Counted from the stretch's first letter, positions 40,893-53,309 are shown. The stretch is 64,000 nt of DNA from Phoronis australis (GCA_002633005.1 NMRA01000088.1:182186-246185), one strand, 5' to 3'. Numbers and translations: made by a program. Notes: a model not told the origin generated them from the sequence alone.

Positions 40893-41141
40893 GGGGCCCA
40901 TTCCAAGAAACTGACTTAAGTTTATTTTTGAATTAAATCTAAGATTTTTCTCAACTTCCAAACTCTGAAACTTCAACACCCGGTAAGTTAGTCAAAATTA
41001 CGGCAAAACTTAAGTAAAAAAAATTAAGTCAAAATTAAGTCTCTCTTTTTGAAACGGACTCAGACAAATTCAAGTTTTATCTTAAAACTGACTGAACTTT
41101 ACGATTTGTCTTAGTTAAGTCAGTTTTCTTGGAACGGGCAC
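40893..41141. mobile_element. PIF/Harbinger-like MITE
   Basis: GGGGCCCATTCCAAGAAACTGACTTAA / TTAAGTCAGTTTTCTTGGAACGGGCAC inverted ends. Confidence 0.65.
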
Positions 41142-43437
41142 AAGGCTCATAAAATTTCAGGTGACGCCGTGACCTGAAATTTTATCACCTTGGTCTGAAG
41201 AAATAACCGGCAATCAGTTTTTCTCGAATGTCGAGATTATTTCTAAATTTACTAAGGAACATGACAAGACCAATTTTATTTCGGTAGAAGAGCTAAATCA
41301 AAATCTGCTTCTTGACTGAAAACACGGATTTAATGCCACTTTAAATATATTAGCGCTTTAAATTAAAAATGTTATGAAGCTAAAAATCATTCTATGTACT
41401 CCTGCTCGTTTAACGGAAGTCGTTTCAATGCCTACGCAGGAGTCGGTCATTTAATTACAAGTCGTCGTGGAGGTAACAAAGCCTTTAAAATAGCGCTTGA
41501 TTGATAAGCCACAAACCACTCTGAGCAAGCTAACGTCCAAATGAAATCAACTAATGGGACATCGATATTAACTTGCGTGGCCAGTCAGGCAGGCTGTCGA
41601 GTTGATTTATTTCCAAATAGTTTTATCTATATTAGTTTTAACTGCTATATGCCATAACAGAACATAAAAATGAAATATGGAACAACAAATGGCTGGAAAT
41701 TTATGTAATTTTTTCAAGTCATCTGAACAAGACGGAAGAATTATAGTACACTAGACCCATGCGCTAAAGTATGAAGTTGCGCCTATATCGGGAAATAGAC
41801 AAATGCGCCTGCTGATGTGAAGTATTTGAGTAAAACCGAGGAGCACGTATCGGTTGCATAATGGTAAACGTTGACTTGTATTCAATTTCTAACTGGCTTT
41901 TATTAAAGATAACCTTTCCGCTTCATTTTAGTTTAAAACTTCCTAAAACGGATTTTAACGCAAGTTCAGTCGAAACTTAAGCGCCTATACGTTAAAGTTA
42001 TGCAAAACACTTCTGAATGACAAATATTTTCTTTGAAAAAGTAAATTTCAAGTATAGGCATATTGCCCTAAATACGCGCATACATGTAGGATTCTAGAAA
42101 AAAATGTCCAAATTTGGCTAACTTCGAAACATCATATCGCAGAAATGGCTGTCCGTATTCATATGAAATTTTCAGATACTGTATGCTTTATGCAATATTC
42201 TCCAAAACGATATTATTTAGGAATTTGCATGAGGTTCTATCAAGATCGACTTCATGAATTTCATGAAAAAATACGTTGCATAAAACGAAAACAAAACGAT
42301 ATTTTAGAAAACTGTAACAGCGTTTTTGAGATGTCATCTTGAACATTTATATCAAAATAAATATGTTATGAAGCTAATGAACGAATGTACCTTTCTTTTT
42401 TGCTAAAATTCAATAAAAAGATATGGTCACGTGACCCTATAATGGCAGACTGGTAAAGAGTATGGTTGCATGACCCTATAATGGCAGACTGGTAAAGAGT
42501 AAAAGAAATCGAATTCTACAGACTTTCTACTTTCAGAAAATATATACTTTTAGTGAGTTAAAATCTACAGTTATGTGTATATTTGGCCAAACGCGAACTT
42601 GTCGATAAGCGTAACGTTTATTCAGACTCGAGGCCATCGGCCCACGCACATTACTTACATATCAAACTCAACAATAAAATACAAAAACCTTAATAGGTAG
42701 AACCCTTAACTACTACATTTGTCTGACAAATCTAACATTTCTTGCCCTGGTAGCAGCGTCATTTTTGTACAAAACAACTTACCCGTTTAGACGCAGCAAT
42801 TCCTGTTCTCGCAGATTTAAGGTCAATTGTAGTGTAAATGGATCCGGCAGAATAAATAGCACACCAAGCGCCTTAACCATTAAATCCTGGCGTTATCAAT
42901 ATTATGGTCTTCATAAAACATATTTAATTACCATCAGCACGTTGTCCTGAATAGCATTCCTTTTAACAAACTTTGTGGTTTGTAATGAGAACTTATTTTA
43001 TCTTGACATAAACTCGAGCCACCTCTCAGCGGAATGTTAGTACTGGGGCTATTTGAGATTAATTATTGTTTGAAAATTCAATTGGATTTGAGGTTTATCG
43101 GTCATCCACCCCAGGAATTAAACAAAGCAGTTTAGTTAAGTTCGTATCTGGCATGTTTTGTTTGACATTTCAAACCCGGGCTATTAAAGGTTTAAACGTC
43201 AGTTCATTACGTCCACAGGCCACTCATAAAATAATCCCGAAGGCGAACAAGCTGCTTAAGTTGTTTACTTTGTGGTGTAAATGAATAAATGTCGTTCATT
43301 AAAGGTGCCATAACACCGCCTTCTGTCAAAAATTAATATTGAGTTTGGTCACTTACTGATCATGTAATTATTGTCTCGAGTTGTCCCCGTCTCATGTTAG
43401 AAATGACTTCAGTGTTTGGGAAGAACTGACAGTTCTT

Positions 43438-44079
43438 GCCTGCTGGAGCCCATGCCTACTATAGCCCATGTCTGCTGGAGCCCGTGCCTGCTGGAGCCCA
43501 TGTCTGCTGGAGCACATGTCTGCTATAGCCCATGTCTGCTGGAGCCCATGTCTGCAATAGCCCATGTCTGCTGGAGCCCATGTCTGCTATAGCCCATGTC
43601 TGCTGAAGCCCATGTCTGCTATAGCCCATGTCTGCTGGAGCCCATGACTGCTATATCCCATGCCTGCTGGAGCCCATGTCTGCTATAGCCCATGTCTGCT
43701 GGAGCCCATGTCTGCTGGAGCCCATGCCTGCTGGAGCCCAGGTCTGCTATAGCCCATGTCTGCTATAGCCCAAGTCTGCTGGAGCCCATGTCTGCTATAG
43801 CCCCTGTCAGCTGGAGCCCATGTCTGCTGGAGCCCATGTCTGCTATAGCCCATGTCTGCTGGAGCCCGTGCCTGCTGGAGCCCATGTCTGCAATAGCCCA
43901 TGTCTGCTGGAGCCCATGTCTGCTATAGCCCATGTCAGCTGGAGCTCATGTCTGCTGTAGCCCATGTCTGCTATAGCCCATGTCTGCTGGAGCCTGTGCC
44001 TGCTGGAGCCCATGTCTGCTATAGCCCATGTGTGCTGGAGCCCATGTCTGCAAAAGGCCATGCCTGCTGGAGCCCATGC
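43438..44079. repeat. 16-bp minisatellite, ~40 copies, two interspersed unit variants
   Basis: Units GCCCATGTCTGCTGGA and GCCCATGTCTGCTATA. Confidence 0.95.
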
Positions 44080-45044
44080 TCTCAGCAGAAAATAACCAGC
44101 CCAGTCCAGGTAAGATGTTCTGCTCAGCCTCAAAGAATAACGAACTGCCAGTTTTCTAAATCCAAGAAATCAGAAGCCTAGTTTAAGGTGCATGAAGAAA
44201 CCAGTTTTTGTGACCACAGTAACATGATACCCCCATCACCCGGAGTCAAAAATAGTTTTTGTCAAAAAGAAGGGTCATAACAATTTAAAAATGTCCAAGC
44301 TCAAAATGAATTTTTTATTGCATTATTCTTAAATTATACGATAACTTATGTTTCCCAGAGACCATATACACATACCAGTACAATAAAACACTAAAATTAA
44401 ATGGGTTCCACTTAACCACTACTTAAACTGAGAGTTGAACTGAAACCTAAATAAAGGATTGTTAAACCATGTAATTAAAATATAAAAAATATAGAGAAAG
44501 AAGATTACAGATGTTGGTAACCAAATTCTATTTCTCAACACAACCAGTAACACTTCAACAAGAACGTGTTATGGCATGGTTAAATCAAATAACTTTCTTC
44601 AATAACACAACACCTAATATACAGTTCACTTAATGTAGAGATGTCATCCAAACGGTGGGTTGGTGTTACATAGACAGAAGACTATATTAAAATAAATTAA
44701 AAAAATAACAAGACACGGCACTATTTCATACCTAGGCAAACATTTTCAGCCATTTTTGGTTGAACAAAACATGTCCTATTAACACGTACAGTCCAATCAA
44801 AAATAAAAGCGACGACAATTCAATTTGTACATTGAAAATTATGGACGTGGTATAAAATTAAAAATTGTAAAAAGTCCAATTCAGAATTAGACCAAAACTA
44901 AGTGGGCTCAATAGACATGCCATAGAAGTCCATTGCATATGTACCATGACTGCAACGAAACATGTCTCCACATCAACACAGACCATTCTATCAGCAAAAC
45001 TATGAAGAAACCGATGGCAGATGCTACAAACCTCGACACTTCAA

Positions 45045-45118
45045 AGTCACATTTCAGTCACTTTTCAGTCACTTTTCAGTCACATTTCAGTCACTTTTCA
45101 GTCACACTTCAGTCACTT
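45045..45118. repeat. 11-bp tandem repeat in the presumed FBXO4 3' UTR
   Basis: CAGTCACATTT/CAGTCACTTTT, ~6.5 copies. Confidence 0.9.
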
Positions 45119-45774
45119 CCTGCCTTGTACACATTGACACATGGGTGTGCCAACTTTACTTCTGAATAGTTAATATGTTATTTATCATGTTCGATACAAT
45201 TCAGAGATTACTCCAAGGCTTTGATTGTCCCAATGAGTTGAGCACCACAATAACATCAGTCGCTTTGTCTAGTCACATTACGCACTAGGATGAATACGTA
45301 AAATTGCGGTCCACAATTTTGTAGTCTTCAGCTTGTTGAAGTGTAGATAACTACTGACCACACTCTTTCGGACATTGTCTGTTTATAGTAGCACATTTTG
45401 GAGACAAAACACGGAGAACGTTCCGTAGACCTAGTTTCTCATGAGAAAAGCAAGAACTCGCAAGACCATGCGGGTGAAAAATGAGCGTTTCGTGAGTATG
45501 CTTGAGAGCTTACTAGCAAAATGGCAGCCACTGTAGGGATTAGTCGGTGAGGTTGTACATTCCTTCACAGCGCCCTCAAGTGGTTGGTCTAAGACGTTAT
45601 GAATAATATAGCGAGGTTGAAGTGTTGAATTGTGGGATTAAACTCTCTGTTCCTGTTCTGTACGCGAAGATTTTTCACCGCGAGTTCAAGGTCACGTCTT
45701 GCAGTCTACAGAACTCACTCCAGGTGGCATTTTTAACTCCATTAACTAGTTCATCATTAAGATTTTATCTTTTT

Positions 45775-45855
45775 TCACTGTCGTCGAACTTGTTCCATTA
45801 ACCACGAGAAACCTTCAGGAATTCCACTCAGAACCTCAGAGTGACAGCTTATTAC
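45775..45855 (-). CDS. FBXO4: F-box only protein 4, exon 6 (last)
   Basis: TTACAG|GTA; VISCHSEVLSGIPEGFSWLMEQVRRQ*, compare recalled human LTGFLNGIEWILEEV. Confidence 0.85.
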   Translation of the reverse strand, partial: VISCHSEVLSGIPEGFSWLMEQVRRQ

Positions 45856-46393
45856 CTGTAACAACAATTAAAACAGTAATTAGACAACCCGTGGTATAAA
45901 GCTCATGTTAGAGTTGTACATGTCTTCAAAATGGAAGTACAGAGAAACATGAGAACAGTAAAAACTTGAATTTGAACGTTTGAATAAACCAACATTTCCC
46001 CGGACACAAAAACCAGCAACATTTTGTTATTATTTTATAAATATTTGGTTTAAACCCTAAAACCCACAAGAGATAGGTCTTTTAATGAAGGGTTGTCAAC
46101 TTCATACATGGTTCAGATATAAAGTTTATTCAAGTTCCTCTCAGTAATATTCACCTACTCAACAGACAATACTTATATTTGCGAAATGAACAGAAAAAAC
46201 GATTTAATACACTTCTTTTAAAATCCGTGTGAGAAAAAAAAATTACCTTGGCTTGTAATAAATTTTGTTGAAAACATTTGCACCAGCGAACAAGGAGGAT
46301 GAAAATGAAATTGGCCAGCTTAAATACAAAAAATATACCTGAGCTCCAAGGCCAAGAACATGTACTTTAACAATACGTAGCAGATGAACCTAC

Positions 46394-46557
46394 CTTCCAA
46401 GGTCTGTTGATCTTCCCCAGCTTGAGTCTGTCCACTATGTCTACACAAGACATCCTCTTGCTGGGTTTAGTAAAACATGCCAGGACTAAAACTGGGATGT
46501 GAGGAGCAGACCATTTCTCGTTCAACATGGCCAAAAGTTCTCTTCTGTCACAAGATA
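46394..46557 (-). CDS. FBXO4: F-box only protein 4, exon 5
   Basis: AG/GT bounded; ELLAML...PVLVLAC...KRMSCVDIVDRLKLGKINRPWK, compare recalled human PLLVLSC...KRMPC...LHLNLLNHPW. Confidence 0.88.
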
Positions 46558-47230
46558 CTGTAACAAGAAGTGACACTGGATTAATGGCTTTTATTTTACA
46601 AGCGGGCACTCGAAATCGCAATAAATCAATCGGTGTTGTCATCACGATTTTTGAGCATGGAGGGTTACCACACTCAAATTCTGAGCCATCGTGCTCAGTT
46701 TTTTATTGATTGTCATATCAATAATGACTATACAGTATTTGAAGTAGTCTCATCCCATGAAATGACCAATACCTATTGTCACATTCACTCTTCAGCTCGG
46801 TGCCAACTGGAATCTGAAGCTTAACATTTCTATCGTAATAATTACCATGATTTTTACTCTGAACTAATCACTTCAAAAAAATTTTAACCAAAAACACAGA
46901 AAATGCTGCCCTCTTTGGGACTTAGTTGAATATTGTGATTGACACAATTCTGTCCTTCCTACCGCGTTCAAAATTAATCCTGGTGAGAACATCAGTAGTG
47001 TTGGAAGCTACAACACAGCGCCTTTTAATATTAGAATCTCTTATTTTGTTCCACCTTAAAACTGGATGACACCCACAAACCAGGAACATATCAAATTCAA
47101 CTACACGAAAAAATTACTGACCATAAATACAAGGACATTATTATTTTTATTATTCATGTTGTTATTATCATTGCTACAGCAGTGTTATTCTATTTGAAAT
47201 CCAATTAATCAATATACAAATAAAACCTAC

Positions 47231-47497
47231 ATGATGAATTTCCATCATCAGCGTTCATGGCATACACGAAAGCATCGACGTTTGTACTACACAACTGCCG
47301 CACAGATGGCACTAGTTCATAATCATCGTTTTCCAGACCCTCTTCTACATTTCCTTCTCCACGGTACACCAGGAGGCGGTTGTTCTGCATTCTCTGGTCG
47401 ATGTTTGCGTTTTCTCTCGTTGATTTTACACCACTGTGTAATGGAGAAAGATGAAGTTGTCGGTTGTTGACCTGGAGCGTAACACCACTACCCAGAC
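47231..47497 (-). CDS. FBXO4: F-box only protein 4, exon 4
   Basis: CTAG|GT...T|GTAGGT; GLGSGVTLQVNN...VDAFVYAMNA, compare recalled human GIGSGVNFQLNN...VDGFIYVANA. Confidence 0.9.
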
Positions 47498-47954
47498 CTA
47501 GAAAGAGAAGTGTAACTTGTGACCAAAAAGCGTGGACGATAATGAAATGCCCGCAACTCAAAAGCATCTTCCCAAATTGAACTGTCCTTTGTAACACCAT
47601 ATAACGGAGGTATGAAGCTACATGTAAGACTGATCAAGTAAAGTAACTGTCAAATGCTCCGAGTTCAGTTGAGTCGGACAAGCGAAAGTTTGTCACATTT
47701 TGAATATTTGACGTGCTAGTCAAATGCCATGCCAGGATTTACACTGTGTTGCACAGCAGTGACACTCGATTGGCCTTTGGATGGTACAATAATTCTGTAT
47801 TATGAATATAATGAATTCTAATTAATTCAACACAGGGAAAATGTTTTAGCAATGTGCATCTCTTATAGAACTACTCACAAAACACTACAAATAGCTATGT
47901 CAAGCCCAGGACATATTCTTAATTTTTTGTGATTGACAGGGTATAAAATTTTAC

Positions 47955-48181
47955 CTCCGGGAGAGGTTCCATGCACAAGTCCAATGAGTTTAATGTCTTT
48001 ATTATTGTTGTACATCATTCTTCCCACCAGATGGTGCTCAGATGAATCTAAGGCAGGGCCAAATATGACCACCCTTGGTGTGTAAGGCCATATAAGGGAC
48101 TTGACAAGACTGGGAATATTGTGGATGTAGAAGAAATCACGTTTATAGTGAGAGCTACTCTGTGGACAGCACCTGAGGTAT
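47955..48181 (-). CDS. FBXO4: F-box only protein 4, exon 3
   Basis: YLRCCP...PRVVIFGPALD, compare recalled human YRMCCP...PRFAMFGPGLE; canonical splice sites, phases consistent. Confidence 0.9.
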
Positions 48182-48673
48182 CTAGAAAAACAAACACCAT
48201 CAACAAATAAGGAAACACATCCAAACACATTGTCATTATATCTCAAGTCAGTTTATGACAGCTAGTAGCTCCATCTAGTGTCCAGGCATGGAACCAGCCT
48301 ATTCAACATTCAGCTGTAAGCAACTTGTTTTCTCGCCACATAAAATCGTGACAACCTGCAAAGTTTCAGCATCATGAACAGCTCAGACTTCAATAACAAC
48401 AATACTAGTATTTCTGTTCCGTTTTTCCCAAAGCCTAGAAAACACTTCTAATCTATGTAAGGCAAATTTGAGACCAATTTTTAGTACTATCCAGTCTAAT
48501 TCTGATTGGTATAAAATTCACTGAAGCCAAGAGCAATTGTGGTTTGCATATATTGTTTCAAAATTGACACTAATGACAACATAGACAATTGAAGTCAGAA
48601 AAAATGCAACTAAAATGCTCAGCACCTGACACAAATTAAGGGTTGTGCACTGACATTGTCAACACCAACTCAC

Positions 48674-48885
48674 ATCTCTTTTTTCGTCCATTCAGAGTTC
48701 ACCTCTTGATAAATGGCGGGATTCGTCACATGGCTGATGGTATCCCAACTATTCACATCGTGTTTCAATCTGTTCTGCCACAGCACCTGATCACCAGCAA
48801 GACAGCACCACTCACGAGACACAGCGGCAGCGCGGCACAAGTCTTTGGCTTCCAGGAAGGAAAATATATGTAGCTTCATATCCAC
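48674..48885 (-). CDS. FBXO4: F-box only protein 4, exon 2 (F-box domain)
   Basis: (LP)VDMKLHIFSFLEAKDLCRAAAVSREW...DQVLW F-box consensus; TATAG|GTG and AT|GTGAGT. Confidence 0.92.
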
Positions 48886-49307
48886 CTATAGAGCAATGTG
48901 AAGAAATCATGATACGCTAAATAATCGGGGAGACTAGATGAAGGATGGTGAGATATTTTTCCTGAACTAAACAATCTAAGACCAAATGTCAAATTTTGTA
49001 CTTGAGATAAATGTTAACCTCAGGAGTTTATTTATGTATAATTTTAGAGAGGACATAGCTTGTCTGCCAGTATAAATGAATATCATGTGAAAATCGCTTT
49101 GAGGTGATGAAGTGGTAACATTTTTTCTAAAATCTAATGGTTTATTTACTCCGACCTCTGACCTATTTACTTTGACTTGGTAGTGTAGTGGTTACTGTAC
49201 TGGACTGACAATCTAAAGGTCAAGGTTCAATGTCAGCTTGTGTCAAAAGAAAATTGACCAGTCACCACTATGAGTGTACAACACACCATGCTTGTTCTTT
49301 GAAGAAC

Positions 49308-49468
49308 CAGTAGCGGATTTAGAGGGGGCCAAGGGGGCGATGACCCCCCAAAAAATTCTCCCAGATTCCATTTGGTAGTTCCGGGGTACGAATGCCTGAC
49401 AGGCAAAATCCTGGCTAATACTCTGCCCTGACCCCTTCCCCCAACTCCAAATCCTGGATCTGCCCCTA
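49308..49468. mobile_element. hAT-type MITE copy in FBXO4 intron 1
   Basis: Matches 33588-33743; flanks AGAAC/AGAAT. Confidence 0.75.
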
Positions 49469-50047
49469 AGAATGTTGTAACACTGAAGATGACCGGAGAA
49501 GTGACCGAACCAAATGTCATGCCAATGTAAACAGAATAGTGGTTGGTGTAAACAGACCATGAGATTTTAGAAATGAACGTGTAAATGTACTATGATGAAA
49601 CTAGATCCAATAAAAACAGTTAAGGATTAATAATGATCCATGAAACAGTGGGATAACATTAGATATACAAGTTCATAGACACACGGTTTACTTAAGTTAA
49701 GGACACATACACTACATTAATTAACAGAAGATGAAATTTCAACTTTGAAAACTTGAATGTTTGGGCAAAGAAACTAATGGCAGTAGCCTATCAATAAACT
49801 CCACAGCAGTTGACAGTGTTTGCAAATTCTAGGACATTGGCTGATCTTGTCAAAATGTTCCACTTCAGGCATTTTGATAGATGACACTGTATTACTTAGT
49901 GCATGTGGCTTTAGACGTCACCTATAAGGGGACTGCAACACAATATGATTCAAGATTGAAGTTGACTGTCATAATTCAAACAATACAACAAATTAGGAAT
50001 TACTAATATTTTCCTAATGCTGCAGTTCAATTTGAGTAAACACTTAC

Positions 50048-50371
50048 GGGTAACGAACCGAACGATGTGGGCTGCTTCTCACATACTGGTTGTTGGTCTA
50101 CAATGCGAGACGCCAGTTGTGGATTTTTGTTGAGAAGTTGTTGAAAACCACCCGCGACAATGCGTTGGTCCTCGTCCACTCGCAGTTTGTACAGTTTCAT
50201 TAGTGCCTTGAACGATGTCAGCACAGAACTATTTAATTTTAAATCTTTTCCGTCCTCATTTAAGCTGTAATCGTTGTAACCATTTTCTTGAAAGTTTGGA
50301 ACCTCTTCCCAACCTGCGCCAGGAAGTTGGCGAGTACACTCGATTTCACGTGGCATCTGTATTTCGATCAT
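50048..50371 (-). CDS. FBXO4: F-box only protein 4, exon 1 (start ATG at 50371 or 50356)
   Basis: Open frame ending FGSLP|GTAAGT supplies the LP that starts the F-box; the six exons sum to 1275 nt (424 aa). Confidence 0.8.
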
Positions 50372-50399
50372 TTTAAGGGTCAAACAGAATCCAACTTCT

Positions 50400-50652
50400 C
50401 GACAGTAAACTTCAAAGTCTGATCAAGACTGTGTGTAGCAAATCACGAGACTCGCGTCTATTTAAGCCGACTAAATAGTGACGGGTATAGAATGAAGTCA
50501 CGCTTATTGTACGTGTCAACTTCCAACGTGGCCAAGTTGACGACTGATCACGTGGTACAAACAAAACCCACTTCCTTGTTTCGCGCGCACATGCAACTTC
50601 CGGTTGTTCAGAACGAGGTTGTAGCCCTTTTACTACACGGGCTGGATCTGTA
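50400..50652. promoter_or_regulatory. Bidirectional FBXO4/RPL37 promoter with 5'-TOP/TCT-type initiator
   Basis: E-box CACGTG 50549-50554, E2F-like TTTCGCGC 50579-50586, ETS/GABP ACTTCCGG 50596-50603, pyrimidine initiator CCCTTTT 50625-50631 about 25 nt before the RPL37 ATG. Confidence 0.65.
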
Positions 50653-50655
50653 ATG
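50653..50655 (+). CDS. RPL37: Ribosomal protein L37 (eL37), exon 1 (ATG only)
   Basis: ATG|GTGGGT just after a TOP-like tract; exon 2 begins at Thr2, so an ATG-only first coding exon is required. Confidence 0.7.
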
Positions 50656-51061
50656 GTGGGTCGAGATGTTCATAATATAAATCCATCGTAATCGGTTAAT
50701 GAATAAAGTCGTGTGATTAAATTTATCCACCATGCTAAACACAAATACATTTTCCTCAGCCTAAGTGGTTTATATTTACTATGCTTTTCGCATTTTATGA
50801 ACACTACCTCCCCGAAAGTGGACGTACTCCGTGAAATTGCCTGGTCCGTAGACGAAGTGTACAGTATTTTTCGCTGTGAAGTGTTTTTTGAACTGTGTGG
50901 TAGCGTGCTTTTATTTATCCCATCGTCTCGAAATTTATGTGATTTCCATCTTTTTGTTATGACAACATCCTGTGCTGTGAAGCTCTGTCGCAGCCAGCTA
51001 TCAGCCAAGTTGGCTTTTAAACCTAGTTTTAGCTGAAGACACCTAGCTGAATGCACCGGCT

Positions 51062-51328
51062 CAGGCCCTCAATCACCCGAGGGGAAGAGGTCCTGTGCCT
51101 TCTACGAGTGGGGAAAATTCTGCACCCCAATCACCATAAGTAGGACCACCCCATCTCTATTGCAATCCCTCATAAACTTTGCCTGAAGCATCCAAAACTA
51201 ACTTTTTCAATCACCTGAGGGAAATTTTTGAGCCGCATGAGTGGAATTTCGCTGGATTTTTCATTATTTTTGAGAGGGGAGCTATAACCGGTCAATTTTC
51301 GGTCATAAATCAAGGGATTGAGGGCCTG
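51062..51328. mobile_element. TIR element in RPL37 intron 1
   Basis: 13-bp TIR CAGGCCCTCAATC / GATTGAGGGCCTG; no TSD seen. Confidence 0.55.
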
Positions 51329-51398
51329 CGACCCCCGCGTTGTTGAAAACTTCAGTCGCCATCGAGACTTAGACGGTTAGACCAGATAAAATTCAAGT

Positions 51399-51497
51399 AA
51401 ACGAGTCCCTCTTCAAAAGGACTGCTGGGAACACTGTACATTCCCGTTATTTAGTAAAAACTGGTTCCCGGCAGACATTTTCAAGAGGGACTCGTTT
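51399..51497. mobile_element. Palindromic mini-MITE in RPL37 intron 1
   Basis: AAACGAGTCCCTCTTCAAAAGGACTGCTGGGAAC / GTTCCCGGCAGACATTTTCAAGAGGGACTCGTTT. Confidence 0.6.
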
Positions 51498-51911
51498 TCT
51501 TACCAAGTTGCTCACATGAGAGCCGAGTTCCAAACTGTTAAGCCAAGAGGCTATTGCCACTTGGCAAGCGATTTAGAGAGTTTCTACATGGCTGTTTGTC
51601 AAACCTGGAAGTAATGTGTCACAACATGTCTGGTTTCCTGTTGGAGTGCGGAACAACAGGCCATTGTTTTGTGTTGGTCGTCAGAGAACTAGTCAAGAAC
51701 TTATAATAATTATCAGCTAGTTACCCTTTACGTTAGATGGCCCACGTATTACAACCTTCTCCAATACTAGGAGAATGGAAGTTGTCACTGAATCTTCTCT
51801 TTCGGTTGTCACTCATAGGGTGACCACTTCCAATTTCTCTTGAGGTTCGTTTCAATCTTTATTTATAAATTCTATTTGTCAAGGCATCTTAAATTTGCTG
51901 TTTAATTGTAG

Positions 51912-52047
51912 ACCAAGGGTACATCCAGTTTTGGAAAGCGGCACAACAAGACACACACGCTGTGTCGTCGCTGTGGCCGCAGCTCCTTTCACATCCAGAA
52001 GAAGACATGTGCTCAGTGTGGCTACCCTGGTGCCAGGAAAAGGAAAT
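51912..52047 (+). CDS. RPL37: Ribosomal protein L37, exon 2
   Basis: [45 protein letters not shown], the eL37 C4 zinc ribbon; TGTAG| and |GTGAGT. Confidence 0.98.
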
Positions 52048-53309
52048 GTGAGTGAGCGTTAGTGTAGTGTCTAAGCCGTTGTGTTGGGTGCTGTTACACG
52101 TTCAGTTACACATTACACAGAAGGGTGTCAAGAGTTCAAACCCCCAAGTGTAGGGTACGGAAAGCCAAAGCGTAAAAAATTCCAGGACACAAATTGTCTG
52201 CTCAATAATTAAATTCTCTGCGGGACCAAACAATATACTCAAAACCAAAATTTATTGCGCCAGAAGCTATAATTTTGTAACTATAATAGTCGGTGTTAAT
52301 ATAATAAGCTGTCATGACGGAGGACTGGTATTTTGTTTGATTGCTTTTGTTGTGCAGTTTAGAAACTCAGCATTCAATTGTGTACGGATGACCTTACATA
52401 GGTCATTTGATGAAGGGATGGATGCTACATCAACTGTTCTTCAAATTGTTGAATGCATTGAAATCTCTGATTTCGATTTCACTGTACATTTTGAAGAACA
52501 CACGTTCACTATCAGGACTCGGGATTAGTTGACGTTGCCCTAGGTTTTCCTATCACACTAAGTTGAAGGCACTGTATTTAAAAACGGTTCAACTTTTTTC
52601 CTCACTGTTGGCCCAGTACTCTCAATTGGGACTCGCCATGGTGTTTGACATATTTTTGCTTCAAATTCGAAACCTTAAGCAAAGATGTTAAAAGTTTTTC
52701 ACAAATTTAATGCACCTTTAAAACCAATAGTTACGATAGAAGTCAAATTTCATTATTTTGCTCATGGTTGGAGCTTGTACCAAATTTTAGAAATAAGCAG
52801 TACTGGTCGTCTCAAATTCAAGAGTTGCGATCGACAACAAGCAATCATTCACCTCGATATTTCACACTAAGGGGATGCAAGAAAACGTGCCAGCAGTTAG
52901 TTCCTATGATTTTATTTACTGGCACGTCTGTTTTCTGACGGCGATCAATACAAATCGGAATGTTCAGTATTTGCGAAATTTGATGAATTCCAAAATCGCC
53001 CATGTCCCTATCTCAGTCCAAAAATATCAAATTTTGGCGTGAATTTTGGTGTCATAAATCCTGTGAATCTCCCAAAATAAGGTGTTTTTATTATTGCTTC
53101 GTATCCTACAGCCAGAATTAGAAAAAGCAAATGCATTTTCCGTTAAATTTGAACCCAGCTTAGTGCAGAGTTGGACAAGATCGTAAGGCAAGTAACGGCC
53201 ACTGCACGGCTAAGTTAGTTTTAGATTTTACATGCTTGTTTCCAGTTGGTTCATGTTGAAGGTGCCTATTCCTAGTTCCGCTTGAAAACTGTTGTTACTG
53301 TTCTTTCAG

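Noticed and set aside
43683-44181. Repetitive ORFs on both strands
   Set aside because: Translations of a 16-bp (non-triplet) minisatellite with no splice or start context.
50670-51056. Overlapping 107-aa and 128-aa ORFs
   Set aside because: Inside RPL37 intron 1, non-ATG starts, no recognisable domain.
52407-52470. Box C (TGATGA) and box D (CTGA) pair in RPL37 intron 2
   Set aside because: No terminal stem, mid-intron position, and no rRNA complementarity that I can recognise.
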